DNA of 64,000 bases. Source: a bacterium. Lineage in GTDB: Bacteria; UBA8248. The notes beneath the pieces are model-generated. The model worked only from the letters and a program-made list of their open reading frames with translations, did no database searches and was not told where the DNA came from. A program made the translations under genes and the position numbers. The stretch spans positions 2,048,001 through 2,112,000 of the forward strand of contig CBDBBI010000010.1 of the NCBI GenBank assembly GCA_965202625.1, read 5' to 3'. Shown here one piece after another: positions 29,480-39,988 of this stretch. Within the stretch, counting starts at the first letter, position 1. The number at the start of each line of letters is the position of its first letter.

Positions 29480-30346
29480 CTAGCGGAAAATCTCTATTTC
29501 GGCTTCCGCCTCTCCGTGATACACGGCTTTCGCCTTGAGTAGATCGTCCATCACCACTCTCTTGTCGCGCGGATTTCGGAGCAGATAGGCGGGATGATAG
29601 GTCGGAAGACAGGGGATTCCTTGGTAGCGTCCGAACTTCCCCCGGATCTTGCCGATGGGCGTTCTCGTCTGGAGCAGCCATTGCGCGGCGAATCTTCCCA
29701 GCGCCAGAATCAATTTGGGATGGATGATAGCGAGTTGCTTGTGAAGATAGGGCTCGCAACAGGCGATCTCCCCAGGTTCGGGATCGCGGTTGTCCGGCGG
29801 TCGGCATTTGAGGATGTTGCAGATATAGACCTCCTGACGAGGGACTGCGATGACGTTTTCAATCATTTTCGTCAGCATTTGACCCGCCCGGCCGACGAAG
29901 GGGACTCCCTCCGCGTCTTCGTTGGCTCCCGGTGCTTCGCCCACGATGACGAGTTTCGCGTTCGGGTTTCCCGCCCCGAATACGAGATTCGTTCGCCTCT
30001 CTCCCAGTTTGCAGCGCAGGCAACCCTCTACGGCGGTATAGAGTGCATCAAGCGAAATGTTCGCGTTCGGATCAAAGGGTAAGGGCGGTGGCTCTGGCCC
30101 CCGGTTCACACGCCTCCCCGTGGAATTCAAAGCGGGTTCCGGCCCCGTCGGAGGGATCAGGATTTGCTGCTCAGAACTCTTTGCGGATGCGGACTCCAGC
30201 GTCGGGGAGGGTGCGACCCTCTCGGCGCGTGGGGCTTCGGAAATCGGTTCGCGAGGAGCACCTAGGCCCACGTAGCCGATCCCTGCGGCTTTTTGGTTTC
30301 GCAGATGCCCAATTACACATCGAAGCAACTCTTCTCGGTTGGTCAT
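29480..30346 (-). CDS. Uracil-DNA glycosylase, family 4 (Fe-S)
   Basis: C..C.L, VGEAPG..ED..G.PFVG.AG, N.LKCRPP.NR.P, TYHPAYLLRN. Confidence 0.95.
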   Translation of the reverse strand: MTNREELLRCVIGHLRNQKAAGIGYVGLGAPREPISEAPRAERVAPSPTLESASAKSSEQQILIPPTGPEPALNSTGRRVNRGPEPPPLPFDPNANISLDALYTAVEGCLRCKLGERRTNLVFGAGNPNAKLVIVGEAPGANEDAEGVPFVGRAGQMLTKMIENVIAVPRQEVYICNILKCRPPDNRDPEPGEIACCEPYLHKQLAIIHPKLILALGRFAAQWLLQTRTPIGKIRGKFGRYQGIPCLPTYHPAYLLRNPRDKRVVMDDLLKAKAVYHGEAEAEIEIFR

Positions 30347-30379
30347 CGTGTCAACCGCAGGGTGCGGCGAGAAATGAAT

Positions 30380-31624
30380 TCACGCGGAAGTATTTTGCCA
30401 TAGTTTTGCGAGATGATCGAGAATGCGCCCCGCCAGAATCCGTTTTGGGAGCAGGGGAAGGGCTTGCGTCGCCCCGTCTGGATGAATAATGCAGGTGCGG
30501 GAAGAATCCGCGCCCATCGCGTCTTCTTCTCCGCAAACGGCGTTCGCCACGATGAAATCCAGCCTCTTTCGCTTGAGTTTGTCTTTCGCACGCTTGACCA
30601 TCCGTTCGGTTTCGGCGGCGAAGCCAATAAGAATTTTGTTCCCCTTTTCCGCTCCCAGTTCAGAGAGTATGTCGGTTGTGCGCTCAAGTTCGATGGAGAG
30701 TGCGCCGCCGCCTTTTTTGTGTTTTTGGAATGAGGGGGAGATAGGACGATAGTCCGCCACGGCCGCCGCCATGATGAGGGCGTGTGCGTCGGCCCAGACG
30801 TCTTTCACCGCTTCGCGCATGTCAGCGGCGGATTCCACGCGAACCACTCTCACCCCAGGCGGGTCGGGGAGGGCGACGGGGCCGCTGACGATGCGCACAT
30901 CCGCTCCGCGCCCGGCGGCTTCCCTCGCCAGAGCGAAGCCCATCTTTCCGCTTGAGCGATTCGAGAGAAAGCGTACGGCGTCCCATCTCTCTCTCGTTGG
31001 CCCCGCCGTGACGATGATCCGCATGCCGGAGAGGTCCGGATTCGCCGCTAGGATGCGCCGCGCGACCAGCAGTATTTCTCGCGGCTCGGGCATCCGCCCC
31101 TGTCCCGCTCCCTCCTCCGCGCGCGCCATGTGGCCTGCGCCTGGTTCCATGACGATGTGGCCTCGCTCGCGCAGGATTTCTATGTTCTCCTGAACGGCGG
31201 ACGACGCCCACATTCGGGGATTCATGGCCGGAGCGATGAGCACCGGCGGTTTTGCGGACAACAGAAGGGTCGAGAGAAAATCGTCCCCCACTCCGTGGGT
31301 GAACTTCGCGATGATGTTCGCCGTGGCCGGCGCGATGAGCATGAGGTCCGCGCGATCGGATAGGGAGACGTGCGGCATATCCCCTGTGAACGCGTCCCCC
31401 TCCACCGGGAGTGTTCTTTGAATGGGCGTCTTGCCCGTGAGCACTTCAAAGGGCAGGGGCTGAACGAACGAGGAGGCGTTTTGCGTTAGGACCGTTTGCA
31501 CCTCGGCGCCGTCTAGGACAAGAAGGCGCGCAAGCGCGATGGATTTGTATGAGGCGATGCCGCCCGATACGCCGAGGATCGTTGTTTTGCCGGCGATGGG
31601 GCCTGAGGGGAGATGCGCGCTCAA
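30380..31624 (-). CDS. coaBC: Bifunctional phosphopantothenoylcysteine decarboxylase/ligase
   Basis: GVSGGIASYK, APATAN, PAMN..M, G.GRM.EP, TAGPTRE..D.VRF.SN.SSGKMG, GFAAET. Confidence 0.96.
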   Translation of the reverse strand: MSAHLPSGPIAGKTTILGVSGGIASYKSIALARLLVLDGAEVQTVLTQNASSFVQPLPFEVLTGKTPIQRTLPVEGDAFTGDMPHVSLSDRADLMLIAPATANIIAKFTHGVGDDFLSTLLLSAKPPVLIAPAMNPRMWASSAVQENIEILRERGHIVMEPGAGHMARAEEGAGQGRMPEPREILLVARRILAANPDLSGMRIIVTAGPTRERWDAVRFLSNRSSGKMGFALAREAAGRGADVRIVSGPVALPDPPGVRVVRVESAADMREAVKDVWADAHALIMAAAVADYRPISPSFQKHKKGGGALSIELERTTDILSELGAEKGNKILIGFAAETERMVKRAKDKLKRKRLDFIVANAVCGEEDAMGADSSRTCIIHPDGATQALPLLPKRILAGRILDHLAKLWQNTSA

Positions 31625-32199
31625 CGGGGATTTCCCTCCCCTCTTCTTTTGAGGAGGAGGTCTCTCAGTTTCCGAAAGGCGGCTTCCATGTCGTCGTTGA
31701 TGATGACGTGGTCGTAGAGATATCTTTGCGTCATCTCCTCTTCCGCCTCCGAGAGTCGGGATTCCATTTTTTCATCAGATTCCGTCGCCCGGCCTTTGAG
31801 GCGGTCGCGAAGCGCATCAAGTGAGGGCGGCATGACGAAGATGAGGCTGGCGTCCGCTCGCCTTCTCTTGATTTGCAAGGCGCCCTGTACATCCAGGTCC
31901 ATGATCACGTCGTCTCCCCTGGAGAGATGCGCTTCTACGTCCCCTTGAGGCGTTCCGTAGTATTCGCCATACACGTGCGCCCATTCGAGGAATTCGTTTT
32001 TGGTGATCATCTCGTGAAAGTCCGATTTTTTTAGAAAATGGTAGTGAACACCGTCTTCCTCAAGAGCGCGCCTCGGCCGCGTCGTCGCGCTTATGGAGTG
32101 CCAGACGCGCGGAAGCTCCTCACATGAGTGGGCGATCAGCGTGGACTTACCCGTCCCCGAAGGGGCGGAGATAACGAAAATATGGCCTTGTTGGCGCAT
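31621..32199 (-). CDS. gmk: Guanylate kinase
   Basis: SAPSGTGKST, SATTR..R..E.DG.HY.F, FLEWA.V.G..YGT, DVQGA. Confidence 0.96.
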   Translation of the reverse strand: MRQQGHIFVISAPSGTGKSTLIAHSCEELPRVWHSISATTRPRRALEEDGVHYHFLKKSDFHEMITKNEFLEWAHVYGEYYGTPQGDVEAHLSRGDDVIMDLDVQGALQIKRRRADASLIFVMPPSLDALRDRLKGRATESDEKMESRLSEAEEEMTQRYLYDHVIINDDMEAAFRKLRDLLLKRRGEGNPR

Positions 32200-33071
32200 T
32201 ATTCGACGTTTTGCACTTGCTCGCGGATTTTCTCGACCGCGCTTTTCATGTCAACCGCGCTTTGCGTGAGACGCGAATCGAAGGATTTGGATGAAATCGT
32301 GTTGGCTTCCCGGTGCATCTCTTGGACGAGGAAATCGAGTTTGCGACCGACGGGGTGTTCGCTTGTCAGTATCTCGCGAAACTGGGCAATGTGGCTGTCA
32401 AGACGGCTCAGCTCCTCGCTAATATCCCCGCGCTCGGCGGCGTAAACCATCTCCTGTTCCAGACGGCCTTCGTCCACCTCGACCCCCTCGGCGAATTTAA
32501 GAATTCTCTCGCGCATCCGCGCGGCGAGTGATTCTCGCGCCTCGGGCAGACATTTGCGAATCTCCCCGCACCGGTTTTCTACCCCCCGGAGATGCACGGT
32601 CAGGTCTTTCTCCAGCGCATCTCCCTCTTTTCTGCGCATGTGGCCGAGAGAGCCTAGCGCTTCGTCTAGGGATTCCATCAAGGGTGATTGCATGGCGTCT
32701 TTTTCCGGCTCCGGCTCCGGGCTTTTGAGAAAGTCCCGAAAACCGGCGAGCGTCGAGAAGTCCACATCGCCAGGGATTCCCAATTCGCTTTTCAGGGTGT
32801 TTAAGTTGGAGAGAAGGGATTTTGCCGCCTCAGCGTCAATGGGCGATACAGCGTTTGCACCCCTGTCCAGACGGATGTAGATATCGAAGCGTCCACGAGA
32901 AAAGTGCTTTTTCACCGCCTCGCGCACTTCGCTCTCGAGTGGGAGCGACCAGCGCGGACCCCGAATCGAGACCTCCAAATATCGATGATTCACCGAGCGC
33001 GCCTCAACGCTGACCAAGATGTCGCCTAGCGGCCTTTCTCCCGTTCCGTAACCCGTCATGCTGTCTATCAT
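32199..33071 (-). CDS. yicC: YicC/YloC family endoribonuclease
   Basis: SMTGYG, SVNHRYLE, DISEEL.RL.SH, GRKLDFL.QEM.REANT..SK, REQVQNVE. Confidence 0.95.
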   Translation of the reverse strand: MIDSMTGYGTGERPLGDILVSVEARSVNHRYLEVSIRGPRWSLPLESEVREAVKKHFSRGRFDIYIRLDRGANAVSPIDAEAAKSLLSNLNTLKSELGIPGDVDFSTLAGFRDFLKSPEPEPEKDAMQSPLMESLDEALGSLGHMRRKEGDALEKDLTVHLRGVENRCGEIRKCLPEARESLAARMRERILKFAEGVEVDEGRLEQEMVYAAERGDISEELSRLDSHIAQFREILTSEHPVGRKLDFLVQEMHREANTISSKSFDSRLTQSAVDMKSAVEKIREQVQNVE

Positions 33072-33089
33072 TATTCATCCTGGGATGTG

Positions 33090-33117
33090 TTGTCAGTATA
33101 TCTAAAAAGCTTACAAT
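33090..33117 (+). promoter_or_regulatory. Putative sigma70 promoter for rqcH
   Basis: TTGTCA-N16-TACAAT in the AT-rich divergent intergenic region. Confidence 0.5.
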
Positions 33118-33183
33118 AATTTTCTGGTCGGGACCTGTCAATTTGCGCGCCCCGGAAAACGTATAGGGATTTAGGCCGGTTTC

Positions 33184-34959
33184 ATGGATACTTTTGTGAT
33201 TCAGGCGATCGCCCAGGAATTGAAAGAACACCTTCTGGGCGCGCGTCTCGACAGAATCTCCCAAGCGGATGCGCATACGATACTCCTTTTTTTCTCCGTT
33301 CCCCAAAGAGGGAGGCGCTGCCTTCTCATCAGCGCGGACCCCGCGCACCCGCGGATTCATCTCACTTCTGAACCTCCTCCAATCTTGCCGGAAGCACCCG
33401 CGTTTTGCCGAACTCTCCGGAAATATCTTGGCGGTTTGCGCATCGCGCGCGCCGCGGCGGGAGAATGGGAGAGAGTCCTCCAGTTCTCTTTCTCGCACAA
33501 GGGCGTTTCCCGACCAGGCGGCTCTTTCGCGTTGATGGCGGAGATGATGGGCCGATGGAGCAACCTGATACTCCTGGACGGCGGAACGGGTGAAATTCTG
33601 GACGCCAAAAGTCGGATCGCGCGAAGCCGGAACCCCTCACGGCCCTTGGAGCGGGGTGGCAGGTATCAGTTGCCGCCGGTCCAGAAGAAGGTGGATCCGA
33701 ATGGGCTCACGAGAGAATCGATGCGGAAAATGATAACGGAGTCAAACCTCCAATCCGCCACGCGGGAGGAGTTCGCGCGCTGGCTAGTGGGTTCGGTGGG
33801 CGGAGTGAGCCCGTCGCTCGCTTGGGAGATTGCGCGCGTTTCTTGGGCCGATGATGGATGGACGGGAGCGGCGGAGGCCCTGTTGCGTGTGATGGAGACC
33901 TACCGCAGAGGAGAATTTACCCCTGTCTGGGTTTTGGATGCCGACGGGCAACCTGTGGGGCTCAGCGCGGTTCAGGCACCTGTTGCGAAGGCCGATTCCT
34001 ATCGCGCGTTTGGTTCCATGAACGAGGCGGCGGATCTGTTTTACCGAAACGTCCTAAAAGACTTTCGGCTGGGCGAGCGGAAGAGAGGCGCTTCGAAAAT
34101 TCTCTGCCGTGTGCGTGAGCGCATACGAGGCGCGATTGACGCGGCGCAAAGGGATTTGGAATCCGCCGCCGAGGCGGCGTGCTTTTTGAGAAAAGGAGAG
34201 TTGCTGCTCGAGAACCTGGGCAAGGTGGACGAAAAAGCGAAGGTCCTCTCCGTTCAGGACGCGAGCGGGTTGGTCGAGATTGCCCTGGACCCGAGACTTA
34301 CCCCTTCGGAGAACGCGCAGAAATACTTTCACCGCTACAAGAAGCGCAAGAGGCGCGCGTCCTTTGCAATGGCGCGCCTTCAGGAGATGGAAAAAGAGGA
34401 AGAATTTATCAACAGCCTGACGTTTGATCTGGAAACGGCGGAGGAAATGGAAGATATCGCAAGCGTGGAGGAAGCGTTGTCCCAAGCGGGCTACTTCAGG
34501 TGGCGCGAGAAGAGAGGGCTTCGGAAGCACGGACGAGCGAAGGGCGGGAAAACCACGCGCTCCAGGAACTACAGGCGATTTCTCTCGGCTTCGGGCTGGG
34601 AGGTGATCGTGGGGAAAAACGCTTTGGGCAACGATGAGATGCTCAGGAGCGTCGGCCGTGCGAGCGATATGTGGTTTCACGCCCAAGGAGTTCCCGGGAG
34701 CCACGTTCTCCTGCGTCGCGCCGGCGCCGCGCAAGGGGCTCCCGATGAGGATGTTCTGGTGAATACGGCGGCGTTCGCAGCCTATTTCAGTCGAAGCCGG
34801 ACGGATTCGAAGCTTCCGGTCGATTATCTTCCCTTCCCTTCTCTTAGAAGGCCGAGGGGAGGGCGTCCCGGGCAGGTCTTGTTCACGGGGCACAAAACGA
34901 TTCTAGTCGATCCGGATTTGGGCAGACGTCTTTGCGGGGAGTGGGAGGAAATTTCCTGA
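33184..34959 (+). CDS. rqcH: Ribosome quality control protein RqcH/Rqc2 (NFACT/FbpA family)
   Basis: F...LRK.L.G, ERVL, E.MGR.SN.IL, LDP..TP.ENAQ.YF..YKK, VGKN...ND, WFHA..VPGSHV. Confidence 0.92.
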   Translation: MDTFVIQAIAQELKEHLLGARLDRISQADAHTILLFFSVPQRGRRCLLISADPAHPRIHLTSEPPPILPEAPAFCRTLRKYLGGLRIARAAAGEWERVLQFSFSHKGVSRPGGSFALMAEMMGRWSNLILLDGGTGEILDAKSRIARSRNPSRPLERGGRYQLPPVQKKVDPNGLTRESMRKMITESNLQSATREEFARWLVGSVGGVSPSLAWEIARVSWADDGWTGAAEALLRVMETYRRGEFTPVWVLDADGQPVGLSAVQAPVAKADSYRAFGSMNEAADLFYRNVLKDFRLGERKRGASKILCRVRERIRGAIDAAQRDLESAAEAACFLRKGELLLENLGKVDEKAKVLSVQDASGLVEIALDPRLTPSENAQKYFHRYKKRKRRASFAMARLQEMEKEEEFINSLTFDLETAEEMEDIASVEEALSQAGYFRWREKRGLRKHGRAKGGKTTRSRNYRRFLSASGWEVIVGKNALGNDEMLRSVGRASDMWFHAQGVPGSHVLLRRAGAAQGAPDEDVLVNTAAFAAYFSRSRTDSKLPVDYLPFPSLRRPRGGRPGQVLFTGHKTILVDPDLGRRLCGEWEEIS

Positions 34960-35470
34960 AGAAGACTTGTTGGGAATGGGAGGTGAAAAACGCCTTTCAC
35001 AAGCGCAAAAAGGTTTTTCGCAGAAATTTCTCCTTCGTGCGATTCTCTCGTCTCGTGAATTTCTTGTGGAATGTCGCCCCTGCACATCCCGACGTTAAGA
35101 GTGCTGCGGACGCCCTCGCCGCCATCACGCTTGACGCCCTGGCTTTGAGCGACTTTTTCAACACCCTTTCACGGTCTTTTTACAAGCCGTTTTGCCTCGG
35201 AAAATCCGCTGTTTTTCCAGGCCATTCCCAATTATTTTTGTTTGGCTACAATAGTCATCACGGATGTTGTCCCGCCGATTTCAAAATTACGCCCCGTGAT
35301 TTTTTTACTTGGTTTCCAGGTGAAGATCTCAGATATATGCTCGATGCCGTTCGTTTATATCTGGCGAAACCGAGTTCCCGTCCCCCCTTTTTATGGGCGG
35401 TGAAGCGGAACACCCTCTCCATGGGCGTTGGTATTTTCTCGATGACGGACGGGGGCATGAATGCTCGCCC

Positions 35471-36634
35471 TTACAGGAATTTCGCCAAAACCTGGTTCGC
35501 CAGAAGTGTTCCCCTCTCTGACAGGCGAAGGCGGCCGTTTTCCTTCGCCACCAGGCCGGAACTCTCTAGGTCTGCGAGCAGTTCCTGAAAGACGTCTTCG
35601 GGGTCTGCGCCGCACTCTTGCGCGATTCGTCGCGTTGAAACACCCTTTTTCATCCGAAGTCCGAGCATGAGCGCCTCGCCCATCGCTTTTCGGGGCGTGT
35701 CCACGCGTTCGATTCCAAGGGTCGGATCGCCCGCTTTTCGGGCGTAAACGTCGGGTCTGGCGTGATTCCAAAAACGCCTCCCCTCCATCAGCGAATGCGC
35801 TCCCGCGCCAAGACCCAGGTAGTCTCCTCGCCGCCAGTAATTCAGATTGTGTCTGCACGCGAAACCCGGTTTTGCGAAATTGCTGATTTCGTAGCGTTCG
35901 AAGCCGGCGCCGGCCAGCATCGAATCCCGAAGTTCCCACATGCGCAGGGATGCTTCCTCGTCGGGAAGGCTACACAACTCTCCCCGCGCTTCTCGCGCGT
36001 GAAACGCTGTGCCCGGTTCTATGGTCAGCTCGTAGGCGGAGAGATGGTCGGGCCCGAGGCGGATAGCGCACTCAATGTCCTGGGCGGCCATGTCTATCGT
36101 CTGTTCCGGAATTCCGAACATGAGGTCGAGCGAGAGGTTGGAGAAGCCCGCCGCGCGCGCGGAATGGAATGCTTTTTGGGCGTCGTCCGCGCTGTGAACC
36201 CTGTCGATCTTTCTCAGCCCGCCATCCTCAAACGTCTGGACGCCAATGCTGATCCGGTTGACGCCGGCCTCCCGAAGCGCGCCAAAGCGTTCAGCCTCGG
36301 CCGCTCCGGGGTTCGCTTCAAGCGTGATTTCGCAATCCGGAGACACGTCGAACAATTCGGAGAGGAGGCGCAAAACGCGCCTTGTTTCCTCAGGCGGAAA
36401 CAGCGAGGGCGTGCCTCCACCAAAAAATATCGTCTTCACCTCTCCCCCTTGAAGGGAGAACTGCCTGACGCGGCCTTTCGTTTCCTTCATCAGCGCATCC
36501 GCGTAACGGCGCGCCCAGTCCGCGTCGGCGCGACCCTTTTCCATAAGGGAATCCAGGGCGTATGAGTTGAAGTCGCAATACCCGCATTTGGCGATGCAAA
36601 AAGGAACGTGTACGTAAAGCGACAGTGGTTTCAT
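35471..36634 (-). CDS. hemW: Radical SAM heme chaperone HemW
   Basis: LYVHVPFC..KCGYCDF, FGGGTPS, ITLEANP, YEISNF, HNLNYW. Confidence 0.93.
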   Translation of the reverse strand: MKPLSLYVHVPFCIAKCGYCDFNSYALDSLMEKGRADADWARRYADALMKETKGRVRQFSLQGGEVKTIFFGGGTPSLFPPEETRRVLRLLSELFDVSPDCEITLEANPGAAEAERFGALREAGVNRISIGVQTFEDGGLRKIDRVHSADDAQKAFHSARAAGFSNLSLDLMFGIPEQTIDMAAQDIECAIRLGPDHLSAYELTIEPGTAFHAREARGELCSLPDEEASLRMWELRDSMLAGAGFERYEISNFAKPGFACRHNLNYWRRGDYLGLGAGAHSLMEGRRFWNHARPDVYARKAGDPTLGIERVDTPRKAMGEALMLGLRMKKGVSTRRIAQECGADPEDVFQELLADLESSGLVAKENGRLRLSERGTLLANQVLAKFL

Positions 36635-36723
36635 GTCATCGTCCGTTCGTTGATGAGGCGAGGAACGCGAAAGCCTTTTTTCTATGATAGCCTGTGTCGT
36701 GATCCTTTTGCATTTCGGGAGGG

Positions 36724-38304
36724 GTGGTTTTGGTCGTTCACACGGTATCTACCGAAGAGAGATTGCGCGTCATTCAGCGGGTGGGACACGTGCTGAATTC
36801 GAGCCTGGACATGGAAGTCGTCCTGGGCCGCGTGGCGCGTGAGACGAGGGCGATATTCCCGCTGGATCATTTCGTTCTTTATTTGGTCAATCCGGATAAA
36901 AAAACCTATACCATCAGGGTGCTCGCCTCAAGCGATGAAATACTCAACGCGCCACGGGAGGACATACCGCTCAAGGGCGGCGCTCTGGGCTGGCTCATCG
37001 CGCATCGGGAAAGGCCTTATGTCATTTACAAGGACCTGGACAGTGAACGCCCTTTCGCTGAGGACGAGGCAGTTTTCAAGCGCGGAATGCGAAGCGGCAT
37101 TCGCACCCCGCTCGTCATCGGCGATGACGTTTTTGGGGAAATCGCCGTCGCCAGCAGCATGCCCAGCCAGTTTACCGAAGAGATGGGAGAGTTTCTCTGC
37201 GAGCTCACGCCGGCCATCGCCACGGCCGTGTCGAACGCGCAGGCATACGCCCAACTGGAGGCCGTGCGGGATGATTTTCATCAAGAGACGCTCCATCTTC
37301 GGGATCAGATCAAGGAGATCCACAATCCGGATGATCTCACTGGCTCAAGCCGGGCTGTGGCCGATATTCGGGAGTTGGTCGCACAGGTGGCGCCCACAGA
37401 AGCCACGGTGCTCATCTTGGGCGAGACAGGAACCGGAAAGGAGCTGGTCGCGCGTAGCATACACCACCTGAGTGCGCGGCGCAACCGCGTGCTGGTGAAG
37501 GTGAACTGCGCGGCGTTGCAGGATACGTTGCTGCTGAGCGAGTTGTTCGGCCATGAGAAGGGCGCGTTCACCGGAGCGGTGAGCAGAAAAAAAGGCAGGT
37601 TCGAGATTGCGGATAAGGGCACGATTTTTCTCGATGAAATCGGGGAGATATCCCCCGAGGCGCAGGTGAAAATTCTTCGGGTCATGCAGGAGAAAGAGTT
37701 TGAGAGAGTCGGCGGCAACCAGACGCTGAAGGTGGATACGAGGATCATCGCCGCCACGAACAGAGACCTAGAGAAAGAGGTGCGCCAGGGTCGATTTCGC
37801 GACGATCTTTACTTTCGCCTCAACGTAATACCCATTCACGTGCCACCGCTCAGGCAACGCAAGGAGGATATTTCGGAACTGGTGGATTATTTCGTGAGCA
37901 AGCATGGTCCCCGCATGAATCGGCAGATCAAATCCGTGGACCCAAAAGCCTTGGAGCGGCTCATGCGGTATGATTGGCCAGGAAACGTCCGGGAGCTGGA
38001 GAACGTGGTGGAGCGCGGGCTTGTCCTGGGGCGCGGGCAGGTTCTCAGGTTTGACGGGCAGCTTCTGGGCGAATCTCCCCCCTCGTCAAGGGAGAGTGAA
38101 TTTGCGCCCATGGAAGAATACCAAAGACGCTACATCCTGCGGGTGTTGGCGCATACGGACGGCCTGGTTTCCGGAGCGCGCGGAGCGGCCCGCATATTGA
38201 GTATGAAGCCCACGACGCTCAGGAGCCGGATGAAGAAGCTGGGCATCCAATCCCGCCGCGAGCACAAAAGGTCTCATCAAGACGCGCGCCGGGTCGGTGG
38301 ATAA
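36724..38304 (+). CDS. Sigma54-dependent enhancer-binding protein (GAF + AAA+ + HTH, FhlA-like)
   Basis: N-terminal GAF, GETGTGKE, SELFGHEKGAFTGA, FLDEIGE, WPGNVREL, GAA..L..KPTTLRSRMKKLGI. Confidence 0.93.
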   Translation: MVLVVHTVSTEERLRVIQRVGHVLNSSLDMEVVLGRVARETRAIFPLDHFVLYLVNPDKKTYTIRVLASSDEILNAPREDIPLKGGALGWLIAHRERPYVIYKDLDSERPFAEDEAVFKRGMRSGIRTPLVIGDDVFGEIAVASSMPSQFTEEMGEFLCELTPAIATAVSNAQAYAQLEAVRDDFHQETLHLRDQIKEIHNPDDLTGSSRAVADIRELVAQVAPTEATVLILGETGTGKELVARSIHHLSARRNRVLVKVNCAALQDTLLLSELFGHEKGAFTGAVSRKKGRFEIADKGTIFLDEIGEISPEAQVKILRVMQEKEFERVGGNQTLKVDTRIIAATNRDLEKEVRQGRFRDDLYFRLNVIPIHVPPLRQRKEDISELVDYFVSKHGPRMNRQIKSVDPKALERLMRYDWPGNVRELENVVERGLVLGRGQVLRFDGQLLGESPPSSRESEFAPMEEYQRRYILRVLAHTDGLVSGARGAARILSMKPTTLRSRMKKLGIQSRREHKRSHQDARRVGG

Positions 38305-38418
38305 AGTCGTGCGCGCATGGAGGGCTGCGATGGAGGGAGTCCGTTCCGGGAATGGCACCGATGATAGAGGAGCAGAAGATTTTTCTGCCGGAGCCGTGAA
38401 CTCCTCCATTCTGAGGGA

Positions 38419-38640
38419 GTGCCTGCCTCTGGCGATGCGCTTGCCGATTCAGCGGCCGGGTTTCGCTACATCACCTTCTGGGTCAAGGGCATAGAAGCAG
38501 CCGTGGCGCACCTACTGAAGGTGGGCGTGGAGCTGCTGTCTGATGTATTGTCTCGCGCGCCCGAGAGGAAGACAATTTTTTTCAAGGATCCGGACGGAAA
38601 CCTGCTGAAGCTGAACTGGGTGGATCTGGTGGTTTCATAA
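38419..38640 (+). pseudogene. VOC/glyoxalase family protein, C-terminal fragment
   Basis: GFRYITFWV..IE....L...GV...IFFKDPDGNLL; the N-terminal module is missing. Confidence 0.65.
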
Positions 38641-38705
38641 AAAACCGCATATGAATAGTGGAATTTCAGGCGAAGATGAAAGTGTGCTCAAACAAAGGAG
38701 AAGTT

Positions 38706-39536
38706 GTGAACAAACGTTATTTGGGAATATGCGCGGTCATGCTTTCTCTGGCTCTTTGCGGCACGGCTGGCGCAGCCTCACTGCAAAAAGCCATCATGTA
38801 TAACCAGCATGGCTTGAAGGAGAAAGCGAAAGGAGAGCTTATCGATCTCATTTTCAGCAGAGTCTCCCGAAGCGATAAGGCGGAGGCTTACTATTTGCTT
38901 GGAACCATCGCGTTCGACGAGAAAAAAATTTCCGTTGCCCTGGATTCCTGGAGAACGCTCGTTGCGAAATTTCCACAATCCGGAAAGGCGAAACTCGTCC
39001 AAGGAAAAATATCTGAACTGGCGGAGATAGTCGGCGAATCGACGGAAAAATCCATCAAAAACGCCGTTGCGCGCTCTTACTTGCGGCATGGGGATTTCTG
39101 GTCGAAAGGGAGAAGCCGAGTATTTTCTATAGATGGTAGTTGGATTCCGCGTGTTGAAGCGGCGAATAAATGGTATGATAAAATTATCGCTGAATTTCCG
39201 AAGACACCCGCCGCCGAACTCGCATACGAAAGCAAGCTCAAGACGCTTATTGGATGGAGGCGTTCTGGCTCATCCTTTGGTTTAAGCAAGTCTAGGAAAT
39301 ATATGCCGCAATTACTGGAAACTTTCGCTGCGTTTGAACGGGATTTTCCGGAATCTGGTGCATTGTAGGCGTTCAGATATCAGATAGCCCAGGAGTATTG
39401 GGTTGCTAATGTTGAGTATCATAATAATAATATGAAGAAATGGCTGAACAAAATAATCGCTGCAGCAGGCGAGCGAGACAGCTTTTACAAAGACTTGGCG
39501 AAAAGAACATTGCGTAACATGGGGCCGAAAAAATGA
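38706..39536 (+). pseudogene. Exported TPR-like helical protein with an internal TAG
   Basis: Signal peptide, TPR-like A.AYYLLG.I and FP.S/T..A repeats; TAG at 39366-39368, then 55 more sense codons in frame to TGA 39534-39536, close to the next gene. Confidence 0.7.
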
Positions 39537-39567
39537 GGGCACAGAACATCACGGGAGACGAGGCGAG

Positions 39568-39951
39568 ATGAAACTGACGTTTGATCACATCCATTGCGTT
39601 CACGCTGACGTGGATGCGGCGGTCGCGTTCTACACGGACGTTCTGGGAGCGACCGAGACCAACCGAATCGACCGGGGCGGCGCGCCACAAGTGTATCTGG
39701 ACGTCCACGGGGCGAGCGTCATCGTTCGTGGGCGCCGCGGCGGCGAGGAGCTCGCCCCGGCACCAGACGGCTGGCCACGCTACAGCGTTGACCACTATGC
39801 GTTTTGCGTGGAGGGAAAGCTGGGCGACGCACTTGATGCGGTTCGCGCTCGCGGCGGAAAGGTCGTGGCGGAGGGTGAGGCGGAGGAGTTGTATTTCGCC
39901 TACCTGGAAGCGCCGGACGGCGTCGTGATCGAGCTGATGGAGATGAAGTAG
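39568..39951 (+). CDS. VOC family (glyoxalase) protein
   Basis: FDHIH...D..AAVAFY..VLG, DHYAF.V, YLEAPDGV.IELM. Confidence 0.9.
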   Translation: MKLTFDHIHCVHADVDAAVAFYTDVLGATETNRIDRGGAPQVYLDVHGASVIVRGRRGGEELAPAPDGWPRYSVDHYAFCVEGKLGDALDAVRARGGKVVAEGEAEELYFAYLEAPDGVVIELMEMK

Positions 39952-39988
39952 AAGCCGGAAAATGCGTCGTGGGCCAGGAGCACCTGGA

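Noticed and set aside
34932-35588. 218-aa plus-strand ORF between rqcH and hemW
   Set aside because: Overlaps both neighbours, has no clear RBS or domain, and its composition is not protein-like.
544-39368. Several in-frame TAG codons (MATE pseudogene, TPR-like gene) suggesting amber recoding or pyrrolysine
   Set aside because: TAG terminates clearly intact genes here (mscS, prpD-like, dnaN, ctaB), no pyl genes are present, and the MATE copy also has frameshifts.
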